Shown: positions 35,529 to 43,708 of the stretch, in pieces
Numbering within the stretch: position 1 is the stretch's first letter
Layout of the letters: each line of letters starts with the position of its first letter
Assembly: GCA_021325135.1 (NCBI GenBank)
Contig: JAJPHT010000026.1
Coordinates: 32,001 to 96,000 of the forward strand
DNA from: Pseudomonadota bacterium
GTDB taxonomy: Archaea > Thermoplasmatota > SW-10-69-26 > JACQPN01 > JAJPHT01
Direction: 5' to 3'
DNA length: 64,000 bases
The notes under the pieces: model-generated
What the model was told of the DNA's origin: nothing
Database searches by the model: none
What the model saw: only the letters and a program-made list of their open reading frames with translations
Program-made: the position numbers and the translations under genes

Positions 35529-36148
35529 GGTTGCCTCCTTGGAGGCGCAACGCGCGCAGGCGCCAAGGCCGGACCCGGCGACGGGGCTGGACGAAGCGTC
35601 TGCGGAACGACGCCGGCTCGGCATGCGCCGCCCCGACACGCGATTCGAACGCGGGGACGGGCACACGCGCGCGCCGGCGGGGCAGCCGCAACTCGAGCGA
35701 AGGACTGCCCGCCCCCGTCCGCAAGGGCCCGGGTCCGTTCAACCGCCCCCTCCGGAACCCGCCGGCGAACCACCCCGGCTTCGGAGGAACACGCCACGAA
35801 CCCGCCGAACTGACGGCAGGCCGCGCGTCCGTGTGATGGATCGCGGCCCATCGCAGACCGGCGCTGATCTCAGCGCCCCTGCGACCCCCTCCGACGCGCG
35901 AGCGTCGGGGAGCCCCGGCAAGCATGCACCGTGGAGCCGGGGGCCGGCCGAGGCCTGGCCAGGCCAAGGCGGCGGGACGGGTTCTCCCCGCTCGTAGCCG
36001 AGCGGGGACGACCGGCCAGCCCCACCCCCGTGGGGCCCGCCACCGGACAAGCCTCGTGCCGAGGGAGTCCGGAGCGCCCGCGCCCCGCGCGGGAGGACCG
36101 GTCGGTGGCAGGCGGCTCCGCGTCGCGCCTCCAGGAAGAGCACCTTTT
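35529..36148 (+). ncRNA. Candidate large structured non-coding RNA (~620 nt), family unknown
   Basis: ATGATAT box at 35501; 5' end 35532-35554 pairs with 3' end 36119-36142; more than 12 internal stems; TTTT at 36145-36148; no ORF with host codon bias. Confidence 0.6.
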
Positions 36149-36205
36149 CCGTGCCCACCTGGCCTCGTCGGGGAATAAATACGTGCGAGCCGGTGGTGGA
36201 TCCCC

Positions 36206-37051
36206 GTGCGCGTCCTGCCCTTCGCGCTGCTGGCCTTCCTGGCCGCGGCCCTGGCGCTTCCGAGCCCCTTCGCCCTCTGGGCCCTGAGGCCTGTGCCCGA
36301 TCCGCACCAGGCGTACCTCGACGCCCGGATGCTCGCCTCCGCCGCGCGCGTCGTGGCCGCGATTCTCTTCCTGGCGGGCGCGGTCGCGCTGGCCTTCGCG
36401 GTGCGGCGCGGAGAGGCTGCGCTCCCGCGGGCGCTTCCCGTCCTCGCCCTGGCGAGCCTTGCCCTGGGCGGCGCGCTCCTGAGCCCCTGGGGTTCCAGCC
36501 TCGCGACGGACTCGATCCACGAGCGCTACGAGCGCGGGGGCTTCCTGAAGCCCTACCCGGACGTGGACCTCGCCCGCGGCCCGCTGCCCAACGAGACGTA
36601 CTTCGCCTTCACCGGATCGCGCGAGGTCTCCAACGTGACCGCGCCCATCGACGTGGGGCCCGTCCACGCGCGCCGGGGGGACGTGTGGGACGTCGGGACG
36701 AGGGGCGACGGAGCGGGATGGCCGGGCGACGGTCGCCCCGCGATCTCCAGCGACTTGCCCCTGCGCTGCGTTCCCGGCCCCTTCCTCGACGAGAGGAGCG
36801 ACGCGCGCTCGCCCCTCGTCGTCTCATGGTGGCGCTGCGTCGCGCTCGCCTCCGGCGACGCGAGGGTGCAGGTCTCCCTGCCAGGGCCTGCGCCTGGAAC
36901 CGTCGTCGTGCTCGTGAACGTCCTCCCCAGCCTGGATGCAGCGGTCGCGACCACGCTCGCGCGGTCGGAGGCCCTCCTTGCGCTTGGCGTCGCGGCCGCG
37001 GCGGGCGCGGGCGCGTGGGCCGTGAAGAGGCGCGAATCCCGTCCGCGCTGA
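36206..37051 (+). CDS. Hypothetical membrane protein (281 aa)
   Basis: Three N-terminal TM segments, soluble region, C-terminal TM; AATAAATA box about 30 nt upstream. Confidence 0.6.
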   Translation: MRVLPFALLAFLAAALALPSPFALWALRPVPDPHQAYLDARMLASAARVVAAILFLAGAVALAFAVRRGEAALPRALPVLALASLALGGALLSPWGSSLATDSIHERYERGGFLKPYPDVDLARGPLPNETYFAFTGSREVSNVTAPIDVGPVHARRGDVWDVGTRGDGAGWPGDGRPAISSDLPLRCVPGPFLDERSDARSPLVVSWWRCVALASGDARVQVSLPGPAPGTVVVLVNVLPSLDAAVATTLARSEALLALGVAAAAGAGAWAVKRRESRPR

Positions 37052-37140
37052 AATTACAGATTGGCTAGCGGAGAACGTAACATATTTCGCCACCGCAGGC
37101 GTTCGGCTCGTCGTCCGGAGCATCCGGACAGGGAATTGTT

Positions 37141-37698
37141 GTGCTACCTACGTTGAGATCCAGATCGATCGCTGTCGCGCTCCTCCTCTTTTCGGTCGTC
37201 ACGCTGCCTGCGGTCCAGGCGGACTCCATCGCCTCCCCGGAGCGCGCCCGTCCCCTCGACACGCTCTGCTTCCTGCTTCCCGTCGCGCCGGGCGCGGTGC
37301 AATCGGAGCAGTGGTGCGCGAAGGCGCTGCGCGGGACCCCCCTTGACGAGATCCTGGCCAACGCCCCCGAGCCCTTCGCGTCGAGCCACACCAACGTCAA
37401 CCTCGGCGTGGACTACGAGAACTCGAACCTCGGCGGGGCCTCGTTCACCTGGTGGGGCACCACCGGCTGCACGTCCAGCATCAGCTACATCGGCAACTAT
37501 CCCGCCGAGTGGGTGGACCGGGTCTCGTCGGCCATCGTCGTGTCCGGAAGCGGATGCAACTGGTTCTACCACTTCAACGACAACGACGAGAGCGGCAGCT
37601 ACTACTACTGCGGGCTGACCGTCCACAAGTGCGACCAGGACCAGCTCTACATCCAGGGGTTCGACAACGCGGCCAACTCGATGCGCATCACGGCCTGA
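37141..37698 (+). CDS. Secreted protein with beta/gamma-crystallin-like (Greek key) domain
   Basis: Signal peptide; paired motifs DYENSNLGG...WVDRVSSAIV and FNDNDESG...FDNAANSMRI. Confidence 0.65.
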   Translation: MLPTLRSRSIAVALLLFSVVTLPAVQADSIASPERARPLDTLCFLLPVAPGAVQSEQWCAKALRGTPLDEILANAPEPFASSHTNVNLGVDYENSNLGGASFTWWGTTGCTSSISYIGNYPAEWVDRVSSAIVVSGSGCNWFYHFNDNDESGSYYYCGLTVHKCDQDQLYIQGFDNAANSMRITA

Positions 37699-37710
37699 GC
37701 CCCGCAAGGA

Positions 37711-37736
37711 GGCCCGCTCCGGCGGGCCCCCCTTTT
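37711..37736 (+). terminator. Hairpin plus T-tract terminator
   Basis: GGCCCGC-TCCG-GCGGGCC followed by CCCCTTTT between convergent genes. Confidence 0.6.
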
Positions 37737-37737
37737 G

Positions 37738-38541
37738 CTATCGCTCCTCGCGCCATCGGACAAGCTCCTGCGCGAAGCGCGCCGGCTGCTCCAGCTCGGG
37801 GAAGTGGCCCGCGTCCTCCAGCACGACCACCTTCGCGCGGGGCGCGTGGCGGCGGAGCCCTTGGGGGTCGCTGCCGCGGTGCGTGCGGTCCCTGGCGCCC
37901 CACACGGCCAGCACGGGCAGGTCCGTGGGGGGCGGGGGCGCGGCGCGCTCCAGGGCGCGGAAGGCGGCGGCGAGGGGGAAGCGCGCGCCGTGGTCGAACG
38001 ACTCGACGGCCAGCGCGCCGAAGGCGTCGCCCGCCTCGCGGGTGGGGAGCGCGGCGCGGTACCACGAGCGGGCGATCTCCGGGGCGCGCACGTAGCCCAG
38101 CGCGGGGCCCACGAGGGGCGCGCGCAGCGCGCGGCGCCTGTCGACGCGGTCGATCCACCGCAGCGCGTCGTCCCACGCAGGGGCCTGGAGGGCGACCAGC
38201 GAGTCCACGAGGTCGGGCCGCGCGGCCGCGACGCGCAGCGCGACGTAGGCGCCCACGCAGGGCAGCGCCAGGGTGCACGGCCCCAGGGCGAGCTTGTCCA
38301 GGAGGGCGATGGTCGCCTCCGCCTGCGCGTCGGGGGACTGCCCCGCGCCGCGGGCGGCCTTGGAGTGGCCGAACCCCACGGGCTCGAAGGCGACGACGCG
38401 CGCGTGGGGGCGCAGCGCGACCATGAGGGGGCCGTACTGCTCCAGCACGTTGGGCGGGTCCGTCGCCAGCACGAGCGGAGGCCCCTGGCCCGCCTGCCGC
38501 AGGCGGACGGAGCCCTGGGGGATCGCGACCTGGCGGATCAT
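37738..38541 (-). CDS. Alpha/beta-fold hydrolase with atypical nucleophile elbow (LPCVG)
   Basis: G.GPPLVL, VVAFEPVGFGHS, PVLAVWGARD, DAGHFPELEQP. Confidence 0.8.
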   Translation of the reverse strand: MIRQVAIPQGSVRLRQAGQGPPLVLATDPPNVLEQYGPLMVALRPHARVVAFEPVGFGHSKAARGAGQSPDAQAEATIALLDKLALGPCTLALPCVGAYVALRVAAARPDLVDSLVALQAPAWDDALRWIDRVDRRRALRAPLVGPALGYVRAPEIARSWYRAALPTREAGDAFGALAVESFDHGARFPLAAAFRALERAAPPPPTDLPVLAVWGARDRTHRGSDPQGLRRHAPRAKVVVLEDAGHFPELEQPARFAQELVRWREER

Positions 38542-38954
38542 TGATATCGCGAGACGAGGGCCGCGAGGGCGCGCTTCTGCTCGGGCCACGAGAGGCGCGT
38601 CTCCGCCTCGGCGGCGCTCACCCACTCGGCGCCGGTGTGCTCGTCGCTCAGGGCCTCGGTGACGCCGGGCTCGACGCGCGCCGCGTAGGCCGTCTCGTGA
38701 TAGCGCCCCTTGCGCGGGCCGTCCTTCAGCTCGTAGGTGAAGGTCACGCCCAGGGGCTCGGGGGAGACGTCGAAGCCCGTCTCCTCGTCCACCTCGCGCA
38801 CGGCGGCGTTGAGGAGGCCCTCGTGCGCCTCGACGTTGCCCGTGACGGGGTGCCAGAGCCCCTTCTCGGTCTTCGCGCGCTTCAGGAGCAGGATGCGGAG
38901 GCCGTCGGGCGTCTTGCGGTAGAGGAAGACCTGGACCTTCCGGCGCAGGGGCAT
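38538..38954 (-). CDS. NUDIX hydrolase (NudB/dihydroneopterin triphosphate pyrophosphatase-like)
   Basis: W.PVTGNVE..E....AAVREV.EETG; LS.EH....W. Confidence 0.85.
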   Translation of the reverse strand: MPLRRKVQVFLYRKTPDGLRILLLKRAKTEKGLWHPVTGNVEAHEGLLNAAVREVDEETGFDVSPEPLGVTFTYELKDGPRKGRYHETAYAARVEPGVTEALSDEHTGAEWVSAAEAETRLSWPEQKRALAALVSRYQ

Positions 38955-39074
38955 GGCAACGGCAAGCCTGGCGGGGGGCTTGAAGGTGGCCCTTCGCGGC
39001 CCACGCCCCCGGGCGGCGCGGGCGCCGCTGGAAAAGCCAAGGCATCGTCAAGAGGCAGGGCCCTTCAGGCGCCC

Positions 39075-39206
39075 ATGTATTGCGCAAGATGCGGACGCCC
39101 CTTCGACGACGAGCTGCTGGCGTGCCGCGTCTGCGAGCCCGGGGAGGGGCGCCGCCTCGCGCAGGCGCGCCTGCTCCGCCGGCGCCAGAGCCTCCTGGGC
39201 TGGTAG
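39075..39206 (+). CDS. 43-aa zinc-ribbon microprotein
   Basis: MYCARCG...CRVC; just upstream of cutA on the same strand. Confidence 0.5.
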   Translation: MYCARCGRPFDDELLACRVCEPGEGRRLAQARLLRRRQSLLGW

Positions 39207-39246
39207 GCCGGCAAACCTCCAAGCGCGGAGCCCCCGCTGCGTCGCC

Positions 39247-39564
39247 ATGGACCACGTCTCGGTCTACGTCACGTTCCCCGACGCGGACGTCGCGCGCCGC
39301 GTCTGCCGCGCCCTGGTGGAGGAGCGCCTCGTCGCGTGCGCCAACCTCGCGCCCACCGAGAGCCTGTACGAGTGGGAGGGGCGCCTGGAGGAGGCCCGCG
39401 AGGTGGCGGCCTTCTGCAAGACGCGCGCCGCGCTGGTGGGCCGCGTCGCGGCCCGCGTCAAGGAGCTTCACCCCTACGAGGTGCCCTGCGTCGTGGCGTT
39501 TCCCCTGCTGGGCGGCCACGGGCCCTACCTCGCGTGGATCGACGCGCAGACGCGCTCAGCCTGA
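39247..39564 (+). CDS. cutA: Divalent-cation tolerance protein CutA
   Basis: LVEERLVACAN...SLYEWEG...KT...HPYEVPC. Confidence 0.92.
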   Translation: MDHVSVYVTFPDADVARRVCRALVEERLVACANLAPTESLYEWEGRLEEAREVAAFCKTRAALVGRVAARVKELHPYEVPCVVAFPLLGGHGPYLAWIDAQTRSA

Positions 39565-40185
39565 GCGCACCGGCACGCCGAGGCCCTCCACGATGCGCCG
39601 CGCCCACGCGAGCTTGCGGAGCTTCGCGGCCGCGTCGCGGCCAGGCTTCGGCGCGGGCGTCTCGAAGTCGAACCCCACGAGGCGCAGCGACGCGGCGCCC
39701 ATGGCGACGGCGAGGCACGCGGCGCGGTCGCCGTCGGTGAAGCCGCCGAAGTCGCGCATGCGGCCGCGGGGCTCCGCCTGCGTCGTGCCCAAGACGGGGC
39801 CCAGGAGGCGCGGCACGTGGCGCGCGAGGGCGTCGCGGTTGTCGCCGTGCGCGTGCACGACCAGCGGAACGCCCAGGGCGGAGAGCGCGACCTGCAGCGC
39901 GACGTCGCCGTCCAGGTCCGTCACCACCGCCACGGGCTCGCGCGGCGGGGGTGCCCGGGGGTCTGCCACGAGGAGCGGGCCCTCGGGGACGTTCTCCGCG
40001 GGCGCGCCGCCGAGGATCACCGCCTCGCGGCCCGCAAGCTCCGCGCGGAACGCGTCGAGGTCCACGCAGAGGCGGTCCTCCAGCAGCGCGTCCAGCTCGT
40101 CGCGCGCCGCCTCGTCCGCCGCGCGCGAGAAGCCGAAGTCGGCGAGGATCGCCTCGTAGGTCGGCTCCCAGCGCGCCCAGTCCAT
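39556..40185 (-). CDS. mptE: 6-hydroxymethyl-7,8-dihydropterin pyrophosphokinase (archaeal MptE)
   Basis: W...Y..IL.DFGF...DE.A, VVTDLDG, VHAHGDN, GTTQ, FGGFTDGDRA, KL.WA. Confidence 0.88.
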   Translation of the reverse strand: MDWARWEPTYEAILADFGFSRAADEAARDELDALLEDRLCVDLDAFRAELAGREAVILGGAPAENVPEGPLLVADPRAPPPREPVAVVTDLDGDVALQVALSALGVPLVVHAHGDNRDALARHVPRLLGPVLGTTQAEPRGRMRDFGGFTDGDRAACLAVAMGAASLRLVGFDFETPAPKPGRDAAAKLRKLAWARRIVEGLGVPVRSG

Positions 40186-40247
40186 CGGGCGGCCAGCGGC
40201 GCGCCCCGCCATCAGGCTTCTTCCTCCCGCGCGCCCACTGCCGGCCG

Positions 40248-40823
40248 ATGCCCGAGATGTCGCGCGTCGAGCGCCTCCTGGTCAACGGCCCCCTCGTCCG
40301 CATGGCGCACCGCGACGTGGCCGTGCCGCGGCTGCTGCGCCTCGCGCTGGCGCCCCTGGAAGGCCCGCTGCTGGAGGTGGGCTGCGGCGAGGGCGCCACC
40401 ACCGAGGGGCTGCTGGACCGCCTCCCCGGCATCGAGGTCACGGCGCTGGACTTCGATCCCTTCCAGGTGGAGCGCGCCCGGAGGCGCGTCGAGGGCCGCG
40501 CCCTCGTCGTGCAGGGCGACGCCGCTGCGCTGGACTTTCCCGGAGGGTCGTTCGCGACGGTGGTGGAGATGAACGCGTTCCACCACGTGCCCGAGTGGCG
40601 CAAGGCCCAGCGGGAGGCGTTCCGCGTCCTGAGGCCCGGCGGCCAGTTCCTCTTCATGGACTACGCGCGGAGGTTCGCGCGGGGCCTCTTCGCGACGAGC
40701 GCTTTCCAGCCCGGCGCGTTCACGCCCGACGAGTTCGTCCACGGCCTCGCGGACGCGGGCTTCTCCCCGGTGGTGCTGCGCGGCTCGTGGGTGGTCACGG
40801 GCTGCGCCCGACGACCTCGATGA
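40248..40823 (+). CDS. Class I SAM-dependent methyltransferase
   Basis: LLEVGCGEG, QGDAAALDF, HHV..W...E.FRVLRPGG. Confidence 0.85.
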   Translation: MPEMSRVERLLVNGPLVRMAHRDVAVPRLLRLALAPLEGPLLEVGCGEGATTEGLLDRLPGIEVTALDFDPFQVERARRRVEGRALVVQGDAAALDFPGGSFATVVEMNAFHHVPEWRKAQREAFRVLRPGGQFLFMDYARRFARGLFATSAFQPGAFTPDEFVHGLADAGFSPVVLRGSWVVTGCARRPR

Positions 40824-43704
40824 TCCCCTTGCCGTACTTCTCCACCTTCTTGGGCCCCATGCCCTTCACCGCCAGGAGGTCGGACTCGGTGGCGGGCCGC
40901 GCCGCGGCGATGGCGCGCAGCGTCGCGTCGTGCGCGACGACGTAGGCCGGCACGCCCTCCTCGTCCGCCCGCGCCTTGCGCCACGCCTTCAGCGCCGCCA
41001 GCAGCGCGTCGTCCACGTCCGAGGGCTCGGCGCCCGCGGGCGCCTCGCGCTTGGGCGGCGCCTCGACGACCAGGGGCCGCTCGCCGAAGAGGGCGTCGAG
41101 CCCCTTGGGCGTGAGCTTCAGCATCGTGCCGCCGTGCTCCAGCGTCGCGCGCTCGACGTAGCCCATCTCCTCCATGCTGCCGATGAGGGCCTTCACCTTG
41201 CTCTCGCTGCGCAGGCCCAGCGAGCCGCGGGCGGGGAGCTTGTCGGCCCACGGCGGGCTGCGCGCGTCGCCGCGCAGGTGCCAGATGAGGTTGCGCTCGC
41301 CGATCCCGCGGCCCCCGGAGAGCGCGTTGAGGACGTGCCGGCGCGCCTCCTCCTCGGAGCCCGCGCCCTCCTCGGGAAGCTCGTGCGCGACGCCCAGGCA
41401 GTTGTCGCAGCTGCCGCAACGCTCCGGCACCCCCTCCTCGCCGAAGTAGCGGCGCAGGTACCAGTGGCGGCAGCGCGTCGTCTTCACGTAGTCGAGGATC
41501 TCCTTGCCGCGCTGCTCGGCCAGCGCCGCGTAGCGGTCCAGGACCGCGGGCGCGCCCTCCGCGGAGCCCGTGACCTTGTGCAGGATCGCGCGGGGGCCCA
41601 CCTGGAAGAAGAGCGCCCCGTCCGCCTCTTTCGACAGCAGGGTGGGCTCGACCTTCTCGGGGGCGACGCCCAGCGCGCGGGCCGCCTCGAAGAGGCCCAC
41701 CTCGCGGCCCGAGATGGGGAGGTCGCCGCCGTGGACCAGCACGCTGCGCGGCGCGTCGGCGAGGCGGACCGCGGCGCCGGCCTCCGCGAGGATGGAGAGC
41801 GCGACGCGGGGCTTCACGTCGTCCTCGGGGTCGAGCGCCGCCACCTGCGCGGGGTCCAGCAGGCTGTAGCCGTCCTCGCCCGCGCTCGCCAGCAGGAGGC
41901 CCCACGCCTCGTGGACGAGCTTCGCGCTGGGCAGGTCGCCCCGCGCGCGGCTCTTGAGCTGCCCGCCGTCCTGCGCGGTGGCGAGGAGCACGCAGCGCGC
42001 GGGAAGCCCGTCGCGCCCGGCGCGGCCCGACTCCTGCGAGTAGCTCTCGACGCTCTCGGCGGGGTCGGCGTGGAAGACGAAGCGGATGTCCCCCTTGTTG
42101 ATGCCCATGCCGAAGGCGACCGTCGCGACGAGCACGTCGACGCGCCCCTCCATGAACTCCTCCTGGCGGCGCGTCCGGTCGTCGAGCCCCGCGTGGTAGG
42201 GCGCGGCGCGCAGGCCCGCGCGGGAGAGCGCCTCGGCGAGCTGCTCGCACTTGGCGCGGCTGCTGGCGTACACGATGCCGGGGCCCGGCGTCTCGCGGCA
42301 GAGCTGCACGAGGTGCGCGAGCTTGTCGTCCGCGCTTCTGGCGAGGATCGCCTCGTAGCGGAGGTTGGGGCGCGCGGTGCTGGCGCGCACGACGGTCATG
42401 GGGCAGAGGCGGCGCACGATGTCGCGCTCCACGCGCGGGGGCGCCGTCGCGGTGAACGCCGCCACGGGAGGGCTCCCCAGGAGCGTGCGCGCGTCGGCGA
42501 TGCCCAGGTAGTCGGGGCGGAAGTCGTGCCCCCACACCGAGACGCAGTGCGCCTCGTCCACCACCAGGCGGACGACGCCCGCGCGGCGCAGCGCGGCGAG
42601 GAAGGTCGCGTTGCGAAGACGCTCGGGCGCCGCGTAGACGAGGCGGTAGCGCCCCGCCGCGATCTCGTCGAGCGCGCGCCGCGCCTGGGCCTGCGTCAGC
42701 TCGCTGGTGAGCGCGACGCTGGCGGCGCGCATGGGCGCGGGGAGCGAGTCGAGCTGGTCCTTCATGAGCGCGATCAAGGGGCTCACCACCAGCGTGACGC
42801 CGCGCGAGAGCACGGCGGGCAATTGATAGCACAAGCTCTTGCCGCCGCCCGTGGGCATGAGGGCCAGCACGTCCTCGCCGCGCAGGATGCGCGCCAGCAC
42901 CTCGCCCTGCCCCTCGCGGAGGCCCGCATAGCCGAAGTGGCGCCTCACGAGGTCCGCCGCGCGCTGGATCTCCTCCGGCGACACGGCGGGCCCGGAGGAG
43001 ACGGCCTTGGGCGCCGCCTCCTGGCGCGGCGCCGCGGCGGCGCCCACGAGCGCGGCGGCCTCGGCGCGCTGGAGGGAGAGCGCCTCGGCCATGGCCTGCG
43101 CATGGTGCTCCTCGCCCGCGCCCTCGAAGAAGCGGCGCAGCCTCTGGTGATAGCTCGCGGAAAGCGGGCCCTCCTCGTCGCCGCGCGTGTCGAGGAGGCG
43201 CGCCGCGAACGCGCTGCCCGACACCCAGTCGCCCATGGCGCCGCACGCCTCCGCGAGGCCCAGGAGGCCGCGCCTCCTCGTGGGGTGCTCCGCGACGGCG
43301 GCCTCGAAGGCGCGCCGCGCAGGTGCGGCCTCACCGGCCTCCAGCAGCGCCTCGCCCAGGATGACGCGCCGCAGGTAGGGAGCGAGCCCCGGCTGCGCGT
43401 CCAGGAAGGAAGGCACCTCGGCGACGCGGCCCAGGCGCGCGAGGGCGCGGGCGCGCAGGCCGAGGCTCACGCTGGAGGCGCCCTGCGCCTCGCGGCGCTC
43501 CACCGTGGCCAGCGCGCCTGCGGCGTCGCCCGTGTCCAGCTGCGCCTCGGCGAGGAGGTCCAGGGCGAGCAGGCCCGCGCGGGCCGGGTCCACGAGGCGG
43601 ACGACCTCCTCGGGGCGGCCGGCGACGAGGAGCGCGCGCAGGTGGGCGGCCTGCTCGCGGGGCGGGCGGTCCGCGAAGTCCATCGCGAAGCGCAGCGCCC
43701 CCAT
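40795..43704 (-). CDS. recQ: RecQ-family helicase with N-terminal TPR region and C-terminal HRDC domain (alternative start 43683)
   Basis: MPTGGGKSLCYQLP, DEAHC..WGHDFRPDY, QESGRAGRDG, CR....YFGE...CGSCDNC, HRDC LKAWRK.......PAYVV.HDATL. Confidence 0.92.
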   Translation of the reverse strand: MGALRFAMDFADRPPREQAAHLRALLVAGRPEEVVRLVDPARAGLLALDLLAEAQLDTGDAAGALATVERREAQGASSVSLGLRARALARLGRVAEVPSFLDAQPGLAPYLRRVILGEALLEAGEAAPARRAFEAAVAEHPTRRRGLLGLAEACGAMGDWVSGSAFAARLLDTRGDEEGPLSASYHQRLRRFFEGAGEEHHAQAMAEALSLQRAEAAALVGAAAAPRQEAAPKAVSSGPAVSPEEIQRAADLVRRHFGYAGLREGQGEVLARILRGEDVLALMPTGGGKSLCYQLPAVLSRGVTLVVSPLIALMKDQLDSLPAPMRAASVALTSELTQAQARRALDEIAAGRYRLVYAAPERLRNATFLAALRRAGVVRLVVDEAHCVSVWGHDFRPDYLGIADARTLLGSPPVAAFTATAPPRVERDIVRRLCPMTVVRASTARPNLRYEAILARSADDKLAHLVQLCRETPGPGIVYASSRAKCEQLAEALSRAGLRAAPYHAGLDDRTRRQEEFMEGRVDVLVATVAFGMGINKGDIRFVFHADPAESVESYSQESGRAGRDGLPARCVLLATAQDGGQLKSRARGDLPSAKLVHEAWGLLLASAGEDGYSLLDPAQVAALDPEDDVKPRVALSILAEAGAAVRLADAPRSVLVHGGDLPISGREVGLFEAARALGVAPEKVEPTLLSKEADGALFFQVGPRAILHKVTGSAEGAPAVLDRYAALAEQRGKEILDYVKTTRCRHWYLRRYFGEEGVPERCGSCDNCLGVAHELPEEGAGSEEEARRHVLNALSGGRGIGERNLIWHLRGDARSPPWADKLPARGSLGLRSESKVKALIGSMEEMGYVERATLEHGGTMLKLTPKGLDALFGERPLVVEAPPKREAPAGAEPSDVDDALLAALKAWRKARADEEGVPAYVVAHDATLRAIAAARPATESDLLAVKGMGPKKVEKYGKGIIEVVGRSP

Positions 43705-43708
43705 GGGC

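Noticed and set aside
35529-36148. Identification of the structured region as RNase P, SRP or tmRNA
   Set aside because: No GAGGAA-N-N-UCC plus ACAGAA..GCUUA pair (GAGGGAGTCCGG at 36061 is only a partial look-alike near the 3' end), no CAGG-stem-GNRA-stem-AGCA helix 8, no tRNA-like 3' end; judged by eye only
35396-36178. ORFs 35539-35997, 35396-35851, 35531-35836, 35739-36158
   Set aside because: Low-complexity Arg/Pro translations without host codon bias or start signals
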